Made by a program: the position numbers and the translations under genes. From NCBI RefSeq assembly GCF_009914755.1, contig NC_060946.1: a stretch of DNA of 64,000 nucleotides; one strand, written 5' to 3'. Every line of letters begins with the position of its first letter. The stretch's first letter is position 1. The notes beneath the pieces are model-generated. The model was not told the origin of the DNA. It worked only from the letters and a program-made list of their open reading frames with translations, and ran no database searches. This stretch comes from the human T2T-CHM13v2.0 reference genome, Homo sapiens. Below are positions 17,233 through 34,023 of this stretch, piece by piece.

Positions 17233-17435
17233 AAAGTAGGCATTTTTAGTTTTGCTTTCTTACCACCTCTCAATGAGATGATGCACTTGTGGTTGTCCAG
17301 CCATACATATTCGTCTACTTATTTCCCTATGATAGTACATGTTTTTAGGGTAGTTGATTTATGGATAAAAACATGTTTATATTATGTATAATATCTATGG
17401 AAGTGAATAAATTTGCTTATGAAAATTAAACTCTA

Positions 17436-17765
<330 letters not shown>

Positions 17766-18074
17766 CTAATCAAATGAGCAACTGTGTATTAGATTACTTG
17801 AAGAAGGTGGTATCCCATTTGGCTATTCTAGAGCCCAATTTTTCTTTTGTATGTGTAATTTCTGGAGTTTTCTCTTGCCATACTTGCATTTTAATATAAA
17901 AATCTACACTAATGTGGTCTCTTTTCCTTAGTATCTAAGTTTTTAATGTCATTATAGATTGTAATATTTGGAGACTTTGAAAAGATTCTATTTTAGGGGA
18001 AAACTAGGGCATGCAGGTTGATCTTGTCCCATTATGGTGAGTTGTTTGTCCTACCCTGTTATATTAGAATCTAG

Positions 18075-18245
18075 AAACATACTAGCTTTGACCTTGGACA
18101 AGTTATTGAATCCTTGGGAACCTTGAAGTCCTCACTGTTAAGTGGGTTAAGTGGCACCTCCTTCAACAACTATGAAGATTGAATAAGATAGTGCGTAAAA
18201 AGTACATAGCCCAGTGATTGGCACATAGTTCAGTAAATAATAGCT
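18075..18245 (+). mobile_element. MIR
   Basis: tgaccttggacaagttatt...tggcacatag core motifs. Confidence 0.7.
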
Positions 18246-18599
18246 TTAAAGTATGAAAATAATGGTATTTATTCAGAGTTTGGTTTCGCTTAACAAAGTA
18301 ATTTATCCATTTAGACTACTTTTATTAAGCATATATTTTTCTATTATAGTATTTAAGCAGAGCTTTGTGTGTAATATATTTTAACTATAGGTGTCTTGTG
18401 AATTAAGAAATGGATACTTCTGTAATGAAGACGTTTTAAGAGCTTTTAAGTTGTACATTAGTTTGTTCTTTGATAAACCCATGAGATTGTTTTGTCAGGG
18501 GAGATAATTCTATTTCTTTTGAGAGGTAAATACAGCTTGTACTATAGTATTTGATCAATTTACAATAGGACATTAGTGGTAGAGCTAATATGTATGTGA

Positions 18600-18785
18600 T
18601 TACTAAATGGCATGTACAGTTCGAAGTGTTCCTGTTTATTAGCTCACTTAATTCTCACAGTAACACCATAAGATACCATTGGGAGTGGAAGCAGGAGAAA
18701 GAAAAAGTGACTTGCTCAAGATTACAGAACTACTAGATGCCTGAATTGGGTTTTGAGACAAGGTCAGGCTGACTTTAAAGCTGTG
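18600..18785 (-). mobile_element. MIR
   Basis: taattctcacagtaac...aagtgacttgctcaagattacag. Confidence 0.65.
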
Positions 18786-19084
18786 TAAGAATGTGTTAAA
18801 AACTAACATTTAAAAAAGTGCTAGTGTATGTTTTCAGTTCTTACCTTACACACTAGTATTCCTTTTGAAAGCCTTGTTTAAAACAGCAGAAACTGAAATG
18901 ATACGGCAGAGTAAAACGAGACGTCATATTTCTCCACTAGGTCAAAGAGGTAAAGAATAGAAGTAACACTGCCACAAATTGTAGAGAATAGAATAAAAGA
19001 AGGAAAGCAGGAGATCTATTCCTCAGTTATGACTTTTACAAAATAATTTCCATATCTGATGCGGTTTACTGTCTGATTGAATGA

Positions 19085-19413
<329 letters not shown>

Positions 19414-20781
19414 TCCATGCCCACTTTTAGGGGAAAAGTTTAGAAGATGGAGACAAAACCAACTATCCTTCTGCTATCTCTTAGATTTTCATCTCTTTCT
19501 ATTCTGTAGCCTACAATCGTAATGTAGACCAAGATTAGGCTGAAGAATAAAATATTCCTTAATGTATCTAATATTTTTATAGTATTGAACTGTAACCCCA
19601 TAATGAATTTTTTTGGGGAAAGTCAGATTATTTGGTTATGCTTGGGAACTTTTAGGTAGTTGCAGACTCATTAATAAACTGATCACATGGACCAGATTGT
19701 CTTATCCGGTCAGCTTTTTGCTTCCTTGTTCTTATATTTGCTCTATTGTGCTGGTGCCCATAACAACATAAACTTACAGCTCAGTAATGCAGGGCAAGTA
19801 GACTTCTTCCTGCCCTGGAGCTTTTTCCTGTACTAGATGCCAGTTCTGAGGATGGTGAGCCTGAGAGTTTAATGGAAAACCTGATTTCTTGATTCTCTGT
19901 GGTTAGATTAGATTTGTTTCAATGCTGAAATAAAGAAACTCTAAGAGAGTAGGTAGAAAGCAGTGCTTGGCTGGAGGATATTTAATAAGTGTTCAACTTT
20001 AGAATGAATGGGTTTCTTGCTTTGTTAACTTCTTGAAAATGCCAGTGTCTTTAATGATACCATTTAATAGAGGTAATCTGTAGTGGAACATTATTTAGTG
20101 ACACCACATTTTCAATTCAATAGCCATTTATTTGCTTTTGTAAATTCTCTGTATTTTCTCATATTCCCAAAGACTTTTTTCAGTTTTCTAAGTGAATTAA
20201 TTTCTTTGAGTAGAATATAAAATAGTAATATTAAAAAATATGGCCCCTCATGCTATCCACTTGAGTTTTAAGATGGTTAGGTTTTTTCGTATTACTGACT
20301 GGCTAAAAGGAGAATTTGATCCTGGAGAATTTGATTTGAGTTTTAGATATAAAGGCTTATATTTTACCCCCCTTTTCTTAAATTTTTTGTCAAGCACCCC
20401 CCTTCTACAGCTGACAAAACTAAGATACTTCTTAATATTGGATTAAGCTTTTGTTATTATATATTAGTTTTCTGTGTTATCTTTCTAGTCATATCTAGTA
20501 ATGTTAAGCTTCATTTTGTCTTGTACTTACTTGGATTTGCAGCTTTAAGATGCTTATCATTAGGGCTGAATCTTATTTCTCTGGAGGATACTGACTCTTT
20601 AAATGGCTGTAAAAATCATTGAGCGCCTACTCGATACCAAGACATTCTCTTCTAAGAAGAGACTTCTTTCTTTACCATATACTGTCTACCTTTGGTCACA
20701 GCAGTTTTGAGGCTTGGGAGCTATTTGTTCTATTCCTTTTTTTGTGCTTGTTCACTTTTTTCTTTCAAAAAACTTTGCAGA

Positions 20782-20943
20782 TTTTTTTTTTTTTTGAGTC
20801 AGGGTCTTGCTCTGTTGCCCAGGATGAAGTGCAAGCAGCACAATCATAGCTTACTGCAGGCTTGAGCTCCTGGGGTTAAGTGATCCTCCTGCCTCAGCCT
20901 CCCGAGTAGCGGGGACTATAGGCTACAGGTGCCGCCGCACCCA
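20782..20943 (-). mobile_element. Alu right arm/FRAM
   Basis: Alu motifs. Confidence 0.8.
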
Positions 20944-21264
20944 AACTTTATTTGTTTTATAAAACACTAGTTTTTAGAATATAAAACTTGGTGAATAGTA
21001 TCACTATGTATAATTCTTGAGTCTCAAGTGTAAACACATCAAAATGCGTTTCGTAGGGAGTATATATTCAGGGCAACTTGAATCTATGCTCCTGAGAAAA
21101 ATAAATTTAGAAAACCGACAAAAACCCAAAATGCATTTCATAAATTGTACAAGAAGATTTGAAGTAATTAAAAAATGATGGAGCAAACTTTCACAAGCCT
21201 GTTTTTTTAGTTGTTGGTTCCTAATTTGGCATCAGTCTGTACTGAGTTGATGCTTCAGTAGGTT

Positions 21265-21851
21265 TGAGACAGGAATAATACAGGGTGGTCACAGGAGAAC
21301 AGAAAATTCCAGGCAGCAATTTTACATGACTAGCATAAAGGAAACTATTGAAATAGCTGCATAAACTAGGGGCTGACAAGACCTTAAAAAACCAGAGTGT
21401 GGGCCAAGCTGGCTAAGACTGACCCAGCATGGCACTGGATTTGACCTAGGTTTCACCTAGGATCTCATTATATGCTCATTAACATACTAAATCACATACC
21501 CACCAGCACCATGCAGTTCCAGGAACACCCATATTTGGTGTAGAAATGGGTGGCACTACAGTTCTGAGAAATCGTAACTGTTTTCCTGGAATCTTCCTGA
21601 ATATTCCATGCTTTGCGTAAAGAAACCCATAAAGATGGAAGTACCAACCCGCTTGGTACAACCTTCTCTTGAGTATACCCACACCCCCCTTTCTTGAGTT
21701 TATAATTTTCGCTTTGTCATAAATCTCCGTACTTTCACTGTTTCTGACTCATTCCTGAATTTCTCCTTGTGATAGTGTCAAGAGCCTGGACACCAGCTGA
21801 GGGAGAGGTCTCACTGCTCTTTGGGGACTTCCCCCAGCCCGCTGGTATTCA
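21265..21851 (+). mobile_element. ERV1-class solo LTR (LTR15-like; subfamily uncertain)
   Basis: Starts TGAGACAGGAATAATACAGGGTGGTC and ends GGTATTCA, with LTR-like composition. No clear target-site duplication (TSD). Confidence 0.7.
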
Positions 21852-22100
21852 GACCTTTCCAAAATCTGAGTGTCTGTTGTGGAATCATATAGAGAGAAAT
21901 TTTTCTTGGTCATTAGAGTAAAGTATATGCAAATTCTTTTCTTCTTTTCCATAGCTCACTGCTATTTGGGGACTTCCCTCAGCCCACTGGTATTCAGACC
22001 TTTCCGAAATCTGAGTCTCTGATGTGGAACCATATAGAGATAAATTTTTCTTGGTCATTAGAGTAAAGGTATATGCAAATTCTTTTCTTCTTTTCCATAG
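21810..22100. repeat. Tandem duplication, 145/146 bp
   Basis: ctcactgct...cttttccatag at 21810-21954 and 21955-22100. Confidence 0.95.
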
Positions 22101-22157
22101 AATGTTTGCTCAGGACCAGCTGCATAATTTACAGGGCCTCTTCAAGAGGTGATTTAG

Positions 22158-22483
<326 letters not shown>

Positions 22484-23050
22484 GAAAACTATACGTTTTC
22501 TAATTGTGCTGCATAATTGTATATTTTGTGATTTGTATTTGATGAAAATATGTCCACGCTGGAATTTAAAATAAACTGTTTTACAATGGTATTTTTGTGT
22601 CCTAACTTAAGGTCTGGTTAAGGAGTGTCATGGTTCAAACTATTTTTATTATAGGTTTAAATAAAATAAAAACAAAACACCGTGGGGCCAAAAGATGGGA
22701 AAGGGACTTTGTTGGAGCTGATAGTTTTATTATTTTCAAACATTGAAATCTTGTAGAGATAGACTTTTCAAATTAATCCTGAGTTGTTAATTTTAAACTT
22801 TGTGATTATCTCACTCTTGAGATAATCCTATAAACCTTTTCAGACATAATCATTGAGGTTAGCTAAAACTACTTTTAGCAAAAGCCATATGCTTGTTTTC
22901 CCAGTGGGTGAAATTGAGCACTGACTTTTAGAGTCACTAATGTTTTAGTGAAACTGCTTAAATTTCAAGGTAGACCTTAGTGACTTTCTATATGTATGAA
23001 GGTATTACTTGACTGTTTTATAAAATAAGAACCGTAATTGGCGTAGACTT

Positions 23051-23092
23051 TCAGATGAGATTGGGAACATTCAGGGTGGTATGGCCGTAGGC
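23051..23092 (-). pseudogene. 5S rRNA 5'-fragment retropseudogene (about nt 1-42)
   Basis: Minus strand reads GCCTACGGCCATACCACCCTGAATGTTCCCAATCTCATCTGA, against 5S GTCTACGGCCATACCACCCTGAACGCGCCCGATCTCGTCTGA. Most differences are CpG-type. Confidence 0.92.
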
Positions 23093-23142
23093 AGTATGGA
23101 CTTTCAGATAGCAGCTATAACTGTTAGTAATAAGAGTAGGAC

Positions 23143-23882
<740 letters not shown>

Positions 23883-24344
23883 ATGACTGTACTTTTAACA
23901 GATGAGAAGTTTGATGGGAGTTGAAACTAGAACTTTTTTTTTTCCTCCTGAATAGGAAAAATCGGAACATTCTTTAAGGTCCAGCTTTTCTCACCCTGCC
24001 CCACCTTTTTAAAAAAATTGTTGCTTATTGCCAATAGACTAGCAAGTGGTTGAACAGTTTCCTTGGCAAGAGGTGCCAGGTGACTGACTAATGCCATCGT
24101 AAAGCACATGCCCTTGATCACATCATATGGACTTGATCTCCTTGGAGGCTAATTATATTTAGGGACATTTTAGTACTTTCAAGGAACCTCAGACTTTGCT
24201 GAGGTTGAAAACACTGGTGACCTCCCTTTGGTTATAAGAGAGACCAGGAGTTCATATGCATTCCTTCAGAAAAATATTTGAAAAATATAACACTGACCTT
24301 GGGAGATTAGTGCATATGATCTTGATTTTATGATCTTTTCTAGA

Positions 24345-25030
24345 GACACTGCACCACTGCAGCCACTGCCTCAATCATGATACAGAACTTTTACATCACA
24401 TGAGAAAGTTCCTTTATGCACCGCTTCTAGTTAGTCTTTCTCTGCCCTAATCCAAACTACTATTCTCTTTCCTATCACTAAAAATTAGTTTCGTCCTTGA
24501 ACTTCATGTAAATGGAATCATACAATATTCTTTTCTAACTTGTTGCTTTGAGTCAACATCATGCTTTTGAGACTTATCCAGGTTGTATCAGTAAGTAGTT
24601 TGTTCATTTTTATTGCTGAGTATGGCAATCCATTATAGAAATATACCACAATTTGTTTATCTGATCACTTACTGGATATTTGGGGTTGTTTCCAGTTTGG
24701 GGCTGTTATGAGTAAGGTTGCTGTGAACATTTGTGTCCAGACCTTTTTGTGATAATGTGCTTTCATTTCTCTTGGGTAATACCCAGGAGTAGAATTGTTG
24801 GATCATAGGATAAATGTATGCTTAACCTCATAAGCAGTTGCCAAACTGTCCTCCAAAGTGGTAATGCCATTTTACACTTTACGAGCCGTGTATGAATTCC
24901 AGTTACTCGATGTCCTCACCAACATTTGCTCTTGCCAGTTTCTTTAATTTTAGTTAGTTCAGTGGATGTAAAAGGGTATCTCATTGTGGTTTTCATTTTT
25001 TGTCTCCCTGATGACTGATTTGAGAATACT
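24345..25030 (-). mobile_element. L1M (ME/MB-type) 3' fragment
   Basis: aatggaatcatacaatat...gggttgtttccagtttggggct...cccaggagtagaattg. Confidence 0.8.
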
Positions 25031-25171
25031 TCTCCTACATGACTTTCCTTTTCATTTTCTTAATGGTGTCTTTTGATAAGTAGAGATTTTTAAAATAAAA
25101 TTTTAATTGTGGGAAAATATGTATGACATTTATTACCATCTTAACCATTTTAAAATGTACAATTCAGTGGC

Positions 25172-25370
25172 ATCTCTACAAAAAAATAAAATAATTAACC
25201 AGACATGGTGGTGAGTGCCTGTAATCCTGGCTACTTGGGAGGCCATGGTAGGAAGATCCCTTGAGTCCCAGGAGTCTGAAGTTGCAGTGAGCTACGATTG
25301 TGCCACTGCACCCCAGTGTAGGCAACAGAGTGAGATGCCATCTCTTAAAAAGAAAAAACAAAAACAAAAA
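25172..25370 (+). mobile_element. AluJ linker plus right arm
   Basis: Left arm absent. Confidence 0.82.
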
Positions 25371-25444
25371 CGGTATTTTCTATCTTGAATGCCTTTAGTT
25401 TTTGGATATGTTGACCCTTCTGTGACACCTTGGTCCACATGATG

Positions 25445-26536
25445 TATCAGGCAAAATTCACCTCCGATATTTCACGTAGGTTCTTTTCTATTTTCCCTAA
25501 GTGTCAGCCAGTCTGAGAAATAAAGGGAAAGACTACAAAAGAGAGAAATTTTAAAGCTGAATGTCTAGGGGAGATGTCACATGTCGGCAGCTTCCGTGAT
25601 GACCCCTAAGCCACAAAACCAGCAAGTTTTTATTAGCGATTTTCAAAAGGAGAGGGAGTGTACGAATAGGGTGTGGGTCACAGAGATCACATGCTTCATT
25701 TGCTTCACAAGGTAATAAAATATCACAAGGCAAATGGAGGCAGGGCGAGATCACAGGACCACAGGACCGGGGCAAAATTAAAATTGCTAATGAAGTTTCG
25801 GGCACGCATTGTCATTGATAACATCTTATCAGGAGACAGGGTTTGAGAGCAGACAACTGGTCTGACCAAAATTTATTAGGCGGGAATTTCCTCTTCCTAA
25901 TAAGCCTGGGAGCACTACGGGAGACTAGGGCTTATTTCATCCCTCCGCTACGACCGTAAAAGATAGCCGTCCCCAAAGCGGCCATTTCAGAGGCTTCCCC
26001 TCAGGGACGCATTCTCTTTCTCAGGGATGTTCCTTGCTGAGAAAAAGAATTCAGCGATATTTCTCCCATTTGCTTTTGAAAGAAAAATATGGCTCTGTTC
26101 CATCCGGCTCACCGGCAGTCAGAGTTTAAGGTTATCTCTCTTGTTCCCTGAACATTGCTGTTATCCTGTTCTTTTTTCAAGGTGCCCAGATTTCATATTG
26201 TTCAAACACACATGCTCTACAAACAACTTGTGCAATTAATGCAATCATCACAGGGTCCTGAGGTGACATACATCCTCCTCAGCTTACGAAGATGACAGGA
26301 TTAAAAGATTAAAGTAAAGACAGGCATAGGAAATCACAAGGGTATTGGTTGGGGAAGTAATAAGTGTCTGTGAAATCTTCATAATTTATGTTCAGAGATT
26401 GCAGTAAAGACAGGTGTAAGAAATTATAAAAGTATTAATTTGGGGAACTAATAAATGTCCATGAAATCTTCACAATTTATGTTCTGTCATGGCTTCAGCT
26501 GGTCCCTCCGTTCGGGGTCCCTGACTTTCCGCAACA
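25445..26536 (-). mobile_element. MER11 (HERV-K11/HML-8) solo LTR, full length
   Basis: Minus strand starts TGTTGCGGAAAGTCAGGGACCCCGAACGGAGGGACC. About 1.09 kb, with a perfect 6-bp TSD atgatg (25439-25444, 26537-26542). Confidence 0.93.
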
Positions 26537-26540
26537 ATGA

Positions 26541-26851
<311 letters not shown>

Positions 26852-27099
26852 TTGATGTGTGTATTTTTCTTGTCTACGTTTGCCACTCTTTTAGTATATA
26901 AGTTTATAAGTTCATAGAAATTTTAGCTGAAGTTTTTGGAGAAGGTGTGTTGGGTAAGGTGAGCTTGTCAGGGAAGGAAGGAATTGGTATGTTATGACTA
27001 TTCCAGATCTACTTTGAATCTGTATCCTATGACTTAAAGGATTATTTTGCTATGTCTCATATAGCAAAATGAGGCTCTTATAGTCTTAGAACATGATAG

Positions 27100-27480
<381 letters not shown>

Positions 27481-27576
27481 TCCGTGTGGACAACTTAAGG
27501 CAAGAGCTAGCGGGGTCTTAAAGCCCAGAAGAGTGAGAACAGTGTTTCGTGGTTCCTTTTGAGACATTAATATCTT

Positions 27577-27656
27577 TTAGATTGGTGCAAAAGTAATTGT
27601 GGTTTTTGCCATTAAAAATGATGGCAAAAACTGTAATTACTTTTGCACCAATCTAA
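27577..27656. mobile_element. MADE1 (Hsmar1-derived mariner MITE), 80-bp palindromic element
   Basis: ttagattggtgcaaaagtaattgtggtttttgccatt...atggcaaaaactgtaattacttttgcaccaatctaa, followed by TA. Confidence 0.95.
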
Positions 27657-28387
27657 TACTTATCTCCACTGCTTTTATCTACCCCAAGAACTTGTCATTG
27701 TCCTAGGGGAGAATTAACTTTTACTTCTATCTGACTTACGTGTTAGTTTTGTGATGTTTTATTCTAGATTAAGTATCCTCACATAAAGTCATGTTTTTGA
27801 TAATAGGGGAAAAAGTCAGACTTTTACTTTTGTCTTTTCTTCCTACCCCCACAAGAAGACAGGAAGTAGATAGAGATCAAATTGAGTTGGAGGAGGATAG
27901 TATTTGTGGACTTCCAAACAAATTCTTTTATCCTCAGGACATATGTAGCTTGGTATGCAGAGGCAGCATGACTTTTGGAAATTAGGTGCTGTTCTTTTTC
28001 TTATTTCTGTTACATTTTAAAGTTTTGCAAGCTACTTTGCTCGGTTATCTTTAATGTTGTATGTTAGCCAGTTGATTAGTGACTTTTTATTGTGATAAAA
28101 CTTTATTTGCAGTAGATCTTTACAAACTGAGATCACAGAACATGTAAACTCATTAGAACTGTTATTTTCAATTGGTGTATTTCTGATTTAAGCTTTTCTT
28201 TTAGAAATGTTTACTTTTATATTTGCTAAATAGATATTTCAGTCATTGATTCAATGAATAAACTGTATAAATAGGTTCATTGCTGAAATTGCTGCTGTGT
28301 GTGATTTATAATAATAGCAGATTTCTCCATAATCAAAGTAAATACAATATCCACATTTTATTTCTGGAAATGAATTGTTTAAATATT

Positions 28388-28666
28388 ATTTTTTAGACAG
28401 GGTCTCCTCTGTCACCCAGGCTGGAGTGCAGAGGGATGATCACCACTCACTGCATCCTCAGCCTCCTGGACTCGAGTGATTCTCTAGCCTCAGCCTTCTA
28501 AGTAGCTGGGGCCACAGGCACGTGCCATGAGGCCTGGCGAATTTTTCATAGAGGTGGGATTTTGCCGTGTTGCCCAGGCTGGTCTCGAACTCCTAGGCTC
28601 CAGCAGTTCTCCTGCCTCGCCCTCTTAAAGTGGTGGAATTACAGTTGTGAGCCACTGCACCCAGCC
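28388..28666 (-). mobile_element. AluJ
   Basis: Diverged dimeric Alu. Confidence 0.88.
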
Positions 28667-28783
28667 TGGAAATGTAAATAATTATAATGACATGTAGTAA
28701 GCATTATAAATAAGAATAACTATATTGAAATGGCACAGTGAACTCTGCAGGGAAGCTTTTGCAGTAAAAATGTTTTCAAGCTG

Positions 28784-29179
<396 letters not shown>

Positions 29180-32100
29180 TTAAAAAAAATTTATGGATGA
29201 AAAAATTTTAAAAGCAGTCCCAACTTGTTTAATTTGGAAATGTAATGTCAGAGGGTTTATTTTTTGGAGAGAAATTTTAGGAAAACTTCTATTGAAGGAC
29301 TACGACAGGGAGTGTTAAAAGATTTGACCAGAGTAGTTATGTTATAAATTCAATTGTAAAACTTGTGTGTGTGTGTATATATTTGTGTGTGTGTGTGTGT
29401 AAGGTAATCAAGGTATAATTAAATATAAGCAAATGTTTGAGAGTCAATTTGATGGAAAAAGTGGCAGTGATACTGATAACATGCAATGGAAAGATGAGAA
29501 TTAGGCATTTCAAAGAAAGCAGTGAAAATTGGTGTCAGATTTTGTCATTGGAAATAGAGTCAAATGGTTTCTAGACTGGAATACCTAGAACAACTGTGAT
29601 TCCCAAAGGAGTATTAAGGAGCTGTGGTGGGGAGAAGAGAGAGGAGAGGGAGGCAGATGATGGATTCTGTTTAGGATAGAGGTAAAGGTGCTAGATTGAC
29701 AACCTAGAGGAGATCTGGTAATCTGTGGTCATGTGCTAGCAATAGCAGTCAGGGTTGAGGGTTATTTGGGGAGCTCTCTGCTAGTAGCTGAGGGCTCGAG
29801 AGAAAGGCTTATCATTTCTGTGGGAAGGACTGATCCTGTTGCATGTGCACCAGGTCAGGCCTGTTCATGAATGGTTTCAGACTGTTAATGGATTAGAAAA
29901 ATGTCTTATGAAGAAAAATGAGGGAACAAGGAATCCGGAGGAAATGATTTTTGTAGCAGTTTCTCTATATGAAGAATTTGTATTAGTATTAGGGCAATAT
30001 CATTCAAACCTCTCATTAATGTACTACCTGCATATTTTTTTTGCAGTATCTGTATACCAAATGGGAGTGCATCTTAAAGACAATGGCATGTTATGGTTGA
30101 ATTGGAAAAGTTTTTTTTTTTTCTAGTGGTATGTAAATTAATAGTGTGTCTTGAATTTGATGGCATCTCAGACTGAATAAAAGGTAAAATTTTAAAAATG
30201 CTCAGTAGCGCAAATATAGTTCTTAAAAAGATACTTGTTTATGTTCTGTTTAATCTCAGATATCACCAATGATAATATATACCACGGCATGGAAATACTG
30301 GTAATAGAGTACTCCCATTGAAAAAATAACTATATGCTTTAGAATATAGGGTTTAGGTTAGATTGTAAGGAAACTGTTGAAGATGTAAATCATTAGAAAA
30401 GAAAAAGTGTAAGTTCTTTCCAAGGTTCTTATGTTTCCAGCATTTTAACATATATACATGTTCTGACTGAACAGTAGTAGTGCAGAATCTGTTATCCAAT
30501 CACAGGTTTGATTTTACCAGAGAGCTTGGATAAACATATTATTTCTTTCTCCTCTTTCCGACATAGCTCCTTTGACAAATGATTTTTATGTTGGAAAATG
30601 CAAGAAAAATAAGTAGCTCAGATTGACTTTGGAAATGTAATATTATTCTTAATTCACAGGCTTGTTGGCAACTTGAGAATTCCAATTATTTGTCTGTGTG
30701 GATTGTTTTTTTTAAATGCTGAATTGTATAGTACTTAAGTTTTTGATGTATAAACAATATACTTAATATACTCCATAATGTATGAGGATAGGTTTCTATT
30801 AGGCTGTATGTTTGAGAAAGTTTTCCTCTTATGACAAAAGTTAATTTAGCCAGTATGCTAAATTAAAAAAAAAAAACAAAAAACCCTGCCTCCCAGTTTT
30901 CTGAGTTAAGTAAAATGATGGTGTAAGAATTTTTTAAATTCAAGGTTTGGTCTGTCTGAATTTTTCTGAGTCATTGATTTAAATGCAGTTACTTAAAAGC
31001 ATACGGGGAGAAATTCCTTTTACTACTTGTTAGCTCTGATTTAACTTGGTACTTTTGCCTTCCTTAAGTAAAGCATGTTGATGAATTCTACTTTTTGGCT
31101 TTAGCTGAAAAAGTTCATTTTCTTCCTGTATGTATTTGGATGGCAGTCACATGTATTCCTCTAGTTTACATGAGATAAATATTACTAATTTTAAAAAGGT
31201 GGGTCTTTTCTGGGGGTATGTTGAATTGAAGATGGTGTTCAGGTCAAGACAGTTTCTGGTCTTTTGGCCATTTAATAATCTGAGAATTGCTTTGAAAGGG
31301 TAGGTATTTGAGCTCATCATTTAAACAGAGCCTGCATTGTGGTGTGTGGTTATTGGAGGTTGTTGGTGTTTTCATTGGCGTGTTTTCAAAAATATGAGTA
31401 GCCCCCTACCTAAATGCCAGAATACAAATTTTAACTAGGCCAGTAGAAGAGGGGATTATTTTCATTTCACATAGCCTCTAGTATTTGAATTTTGTCTGTC
31501 TTTGAATGTACCTCTTGGCTAGCTAGAGTTGGACAGTTTTCAATTGTGATGACAGCAGTTAAAAATTCAAATCTGTTCCTTTTCATTGTTGAGTTGTATG
31601 CTTAAAGAATGCATCTGCATTTTCATTCAGCTTTCTGGTCCTTGTCGATTTTTGATGTCTGTTATTCTGCATAAAACTGTGTGGCAGGCGCCAGAACTTT
31701 TAAGAATCTTTTTGTTTACAGATGGGGAGACAATAACATTAACATTCATTAACATTCAAAATAAAACATTCTTATACTGATAAGCAGTATGCAGGTTAGC
31801 TAGGTTTGGGATACTGATAGATATTTTTTTAGTGTAGTTTACTTCCAAATGTCTTCTAGAATTTATGTTTAATATCTCAAATACCTACACAGAATAGGAA
31901 TGGCATGCTTATTTATACATGGGCGTACTCTTGAGTTCTAATGGCAAGCCAGCCTTCAAATTAAGTTGTCTTCCTGGAAAAGAAACCTCTTAGGCAACTG
32001 TGAAGGGAGAGGGATAATATAAAAAGGATGGAGTTTAGAAATTTGTCTTTTTGTGGTAAGATCTAGAAACAAAGCATATTAGAATAAGCAGTGTAAATTT

Positions 32101-32185
32101 TGCACCTTTCAAAAAGATACTGATGTTTTTATCATGAAATAATAAAAACATATTATTGTCTAAAAAAAAAAAGCCAAAAAACCCA

Positions 32186-32994
<809 letters not shown>

Positions 32995-33695
32995 TTAAGC
33001 CTTATTAAAAAAAAACTTTTTGAGAACCTGTTTTTAAAACTACTCCTCTTCGTGGAGATTGATTATTTTGGGTCTTTTTGTCCAAGAAAATGAAATTAAG
33101 ATTTTATTCTTTGATTGGTATGAGGGAGGAAGGAGAGTCGTCAGTCTAGTGTTAAAGATAAAATTATGTATGTTTAAGAGGGGCAGAAGTCATCACAAGA
33201 TTATAATTAGGAAAATTTAAGTTTCCATACTTCCAAGGAAGTATGAATTTCTAGAATATCTTTTATTTCCATTTGATTTAGGCATTGCTATTGAAGACAC
33301 TGATTTGGGGCAAGGTGTCGGGGAGAACAGGAGGAATTGTAGTTAACTTCTTTCCTCTTCACCAGAGGTTAACTGAGAGCAAGAAGCAGGACATGAATGA
33401 GTGTGCAAGAATTTGCCTTCTGTTAATTTCCCAAAGGTAGACCTTGGAAATAGTCAAAAGAACAAAAGTCAGGAAACCTTTTTCCGAGGCTGGAGCTAGT
33501 CTTTCTGATCTTTCCAAAGCAGTTATAAATATTGAAGTACCTCTGGCACTTAGATAAAATGATTCTGCGTGGCTTTAAACTCAGTTAATTTCTAATGCTT
33601 GAATGTCTGGATTTTCTATGATTTCTGAACAACTCAGATTTAAGTATGTCTTTTGTTTTCTGTGAAATTATAAGGGTTTTTTCCTTAGGAGATAG

Positions 33696-34023
<328 letters not shown>

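Noticed and set aside
26320-26485. Repeated aaatcttca(t/c)aatttatgttc and agtaaagacagg units
   Set aside because: These are internal repeats native to the MER11 LTR, not a separate array.
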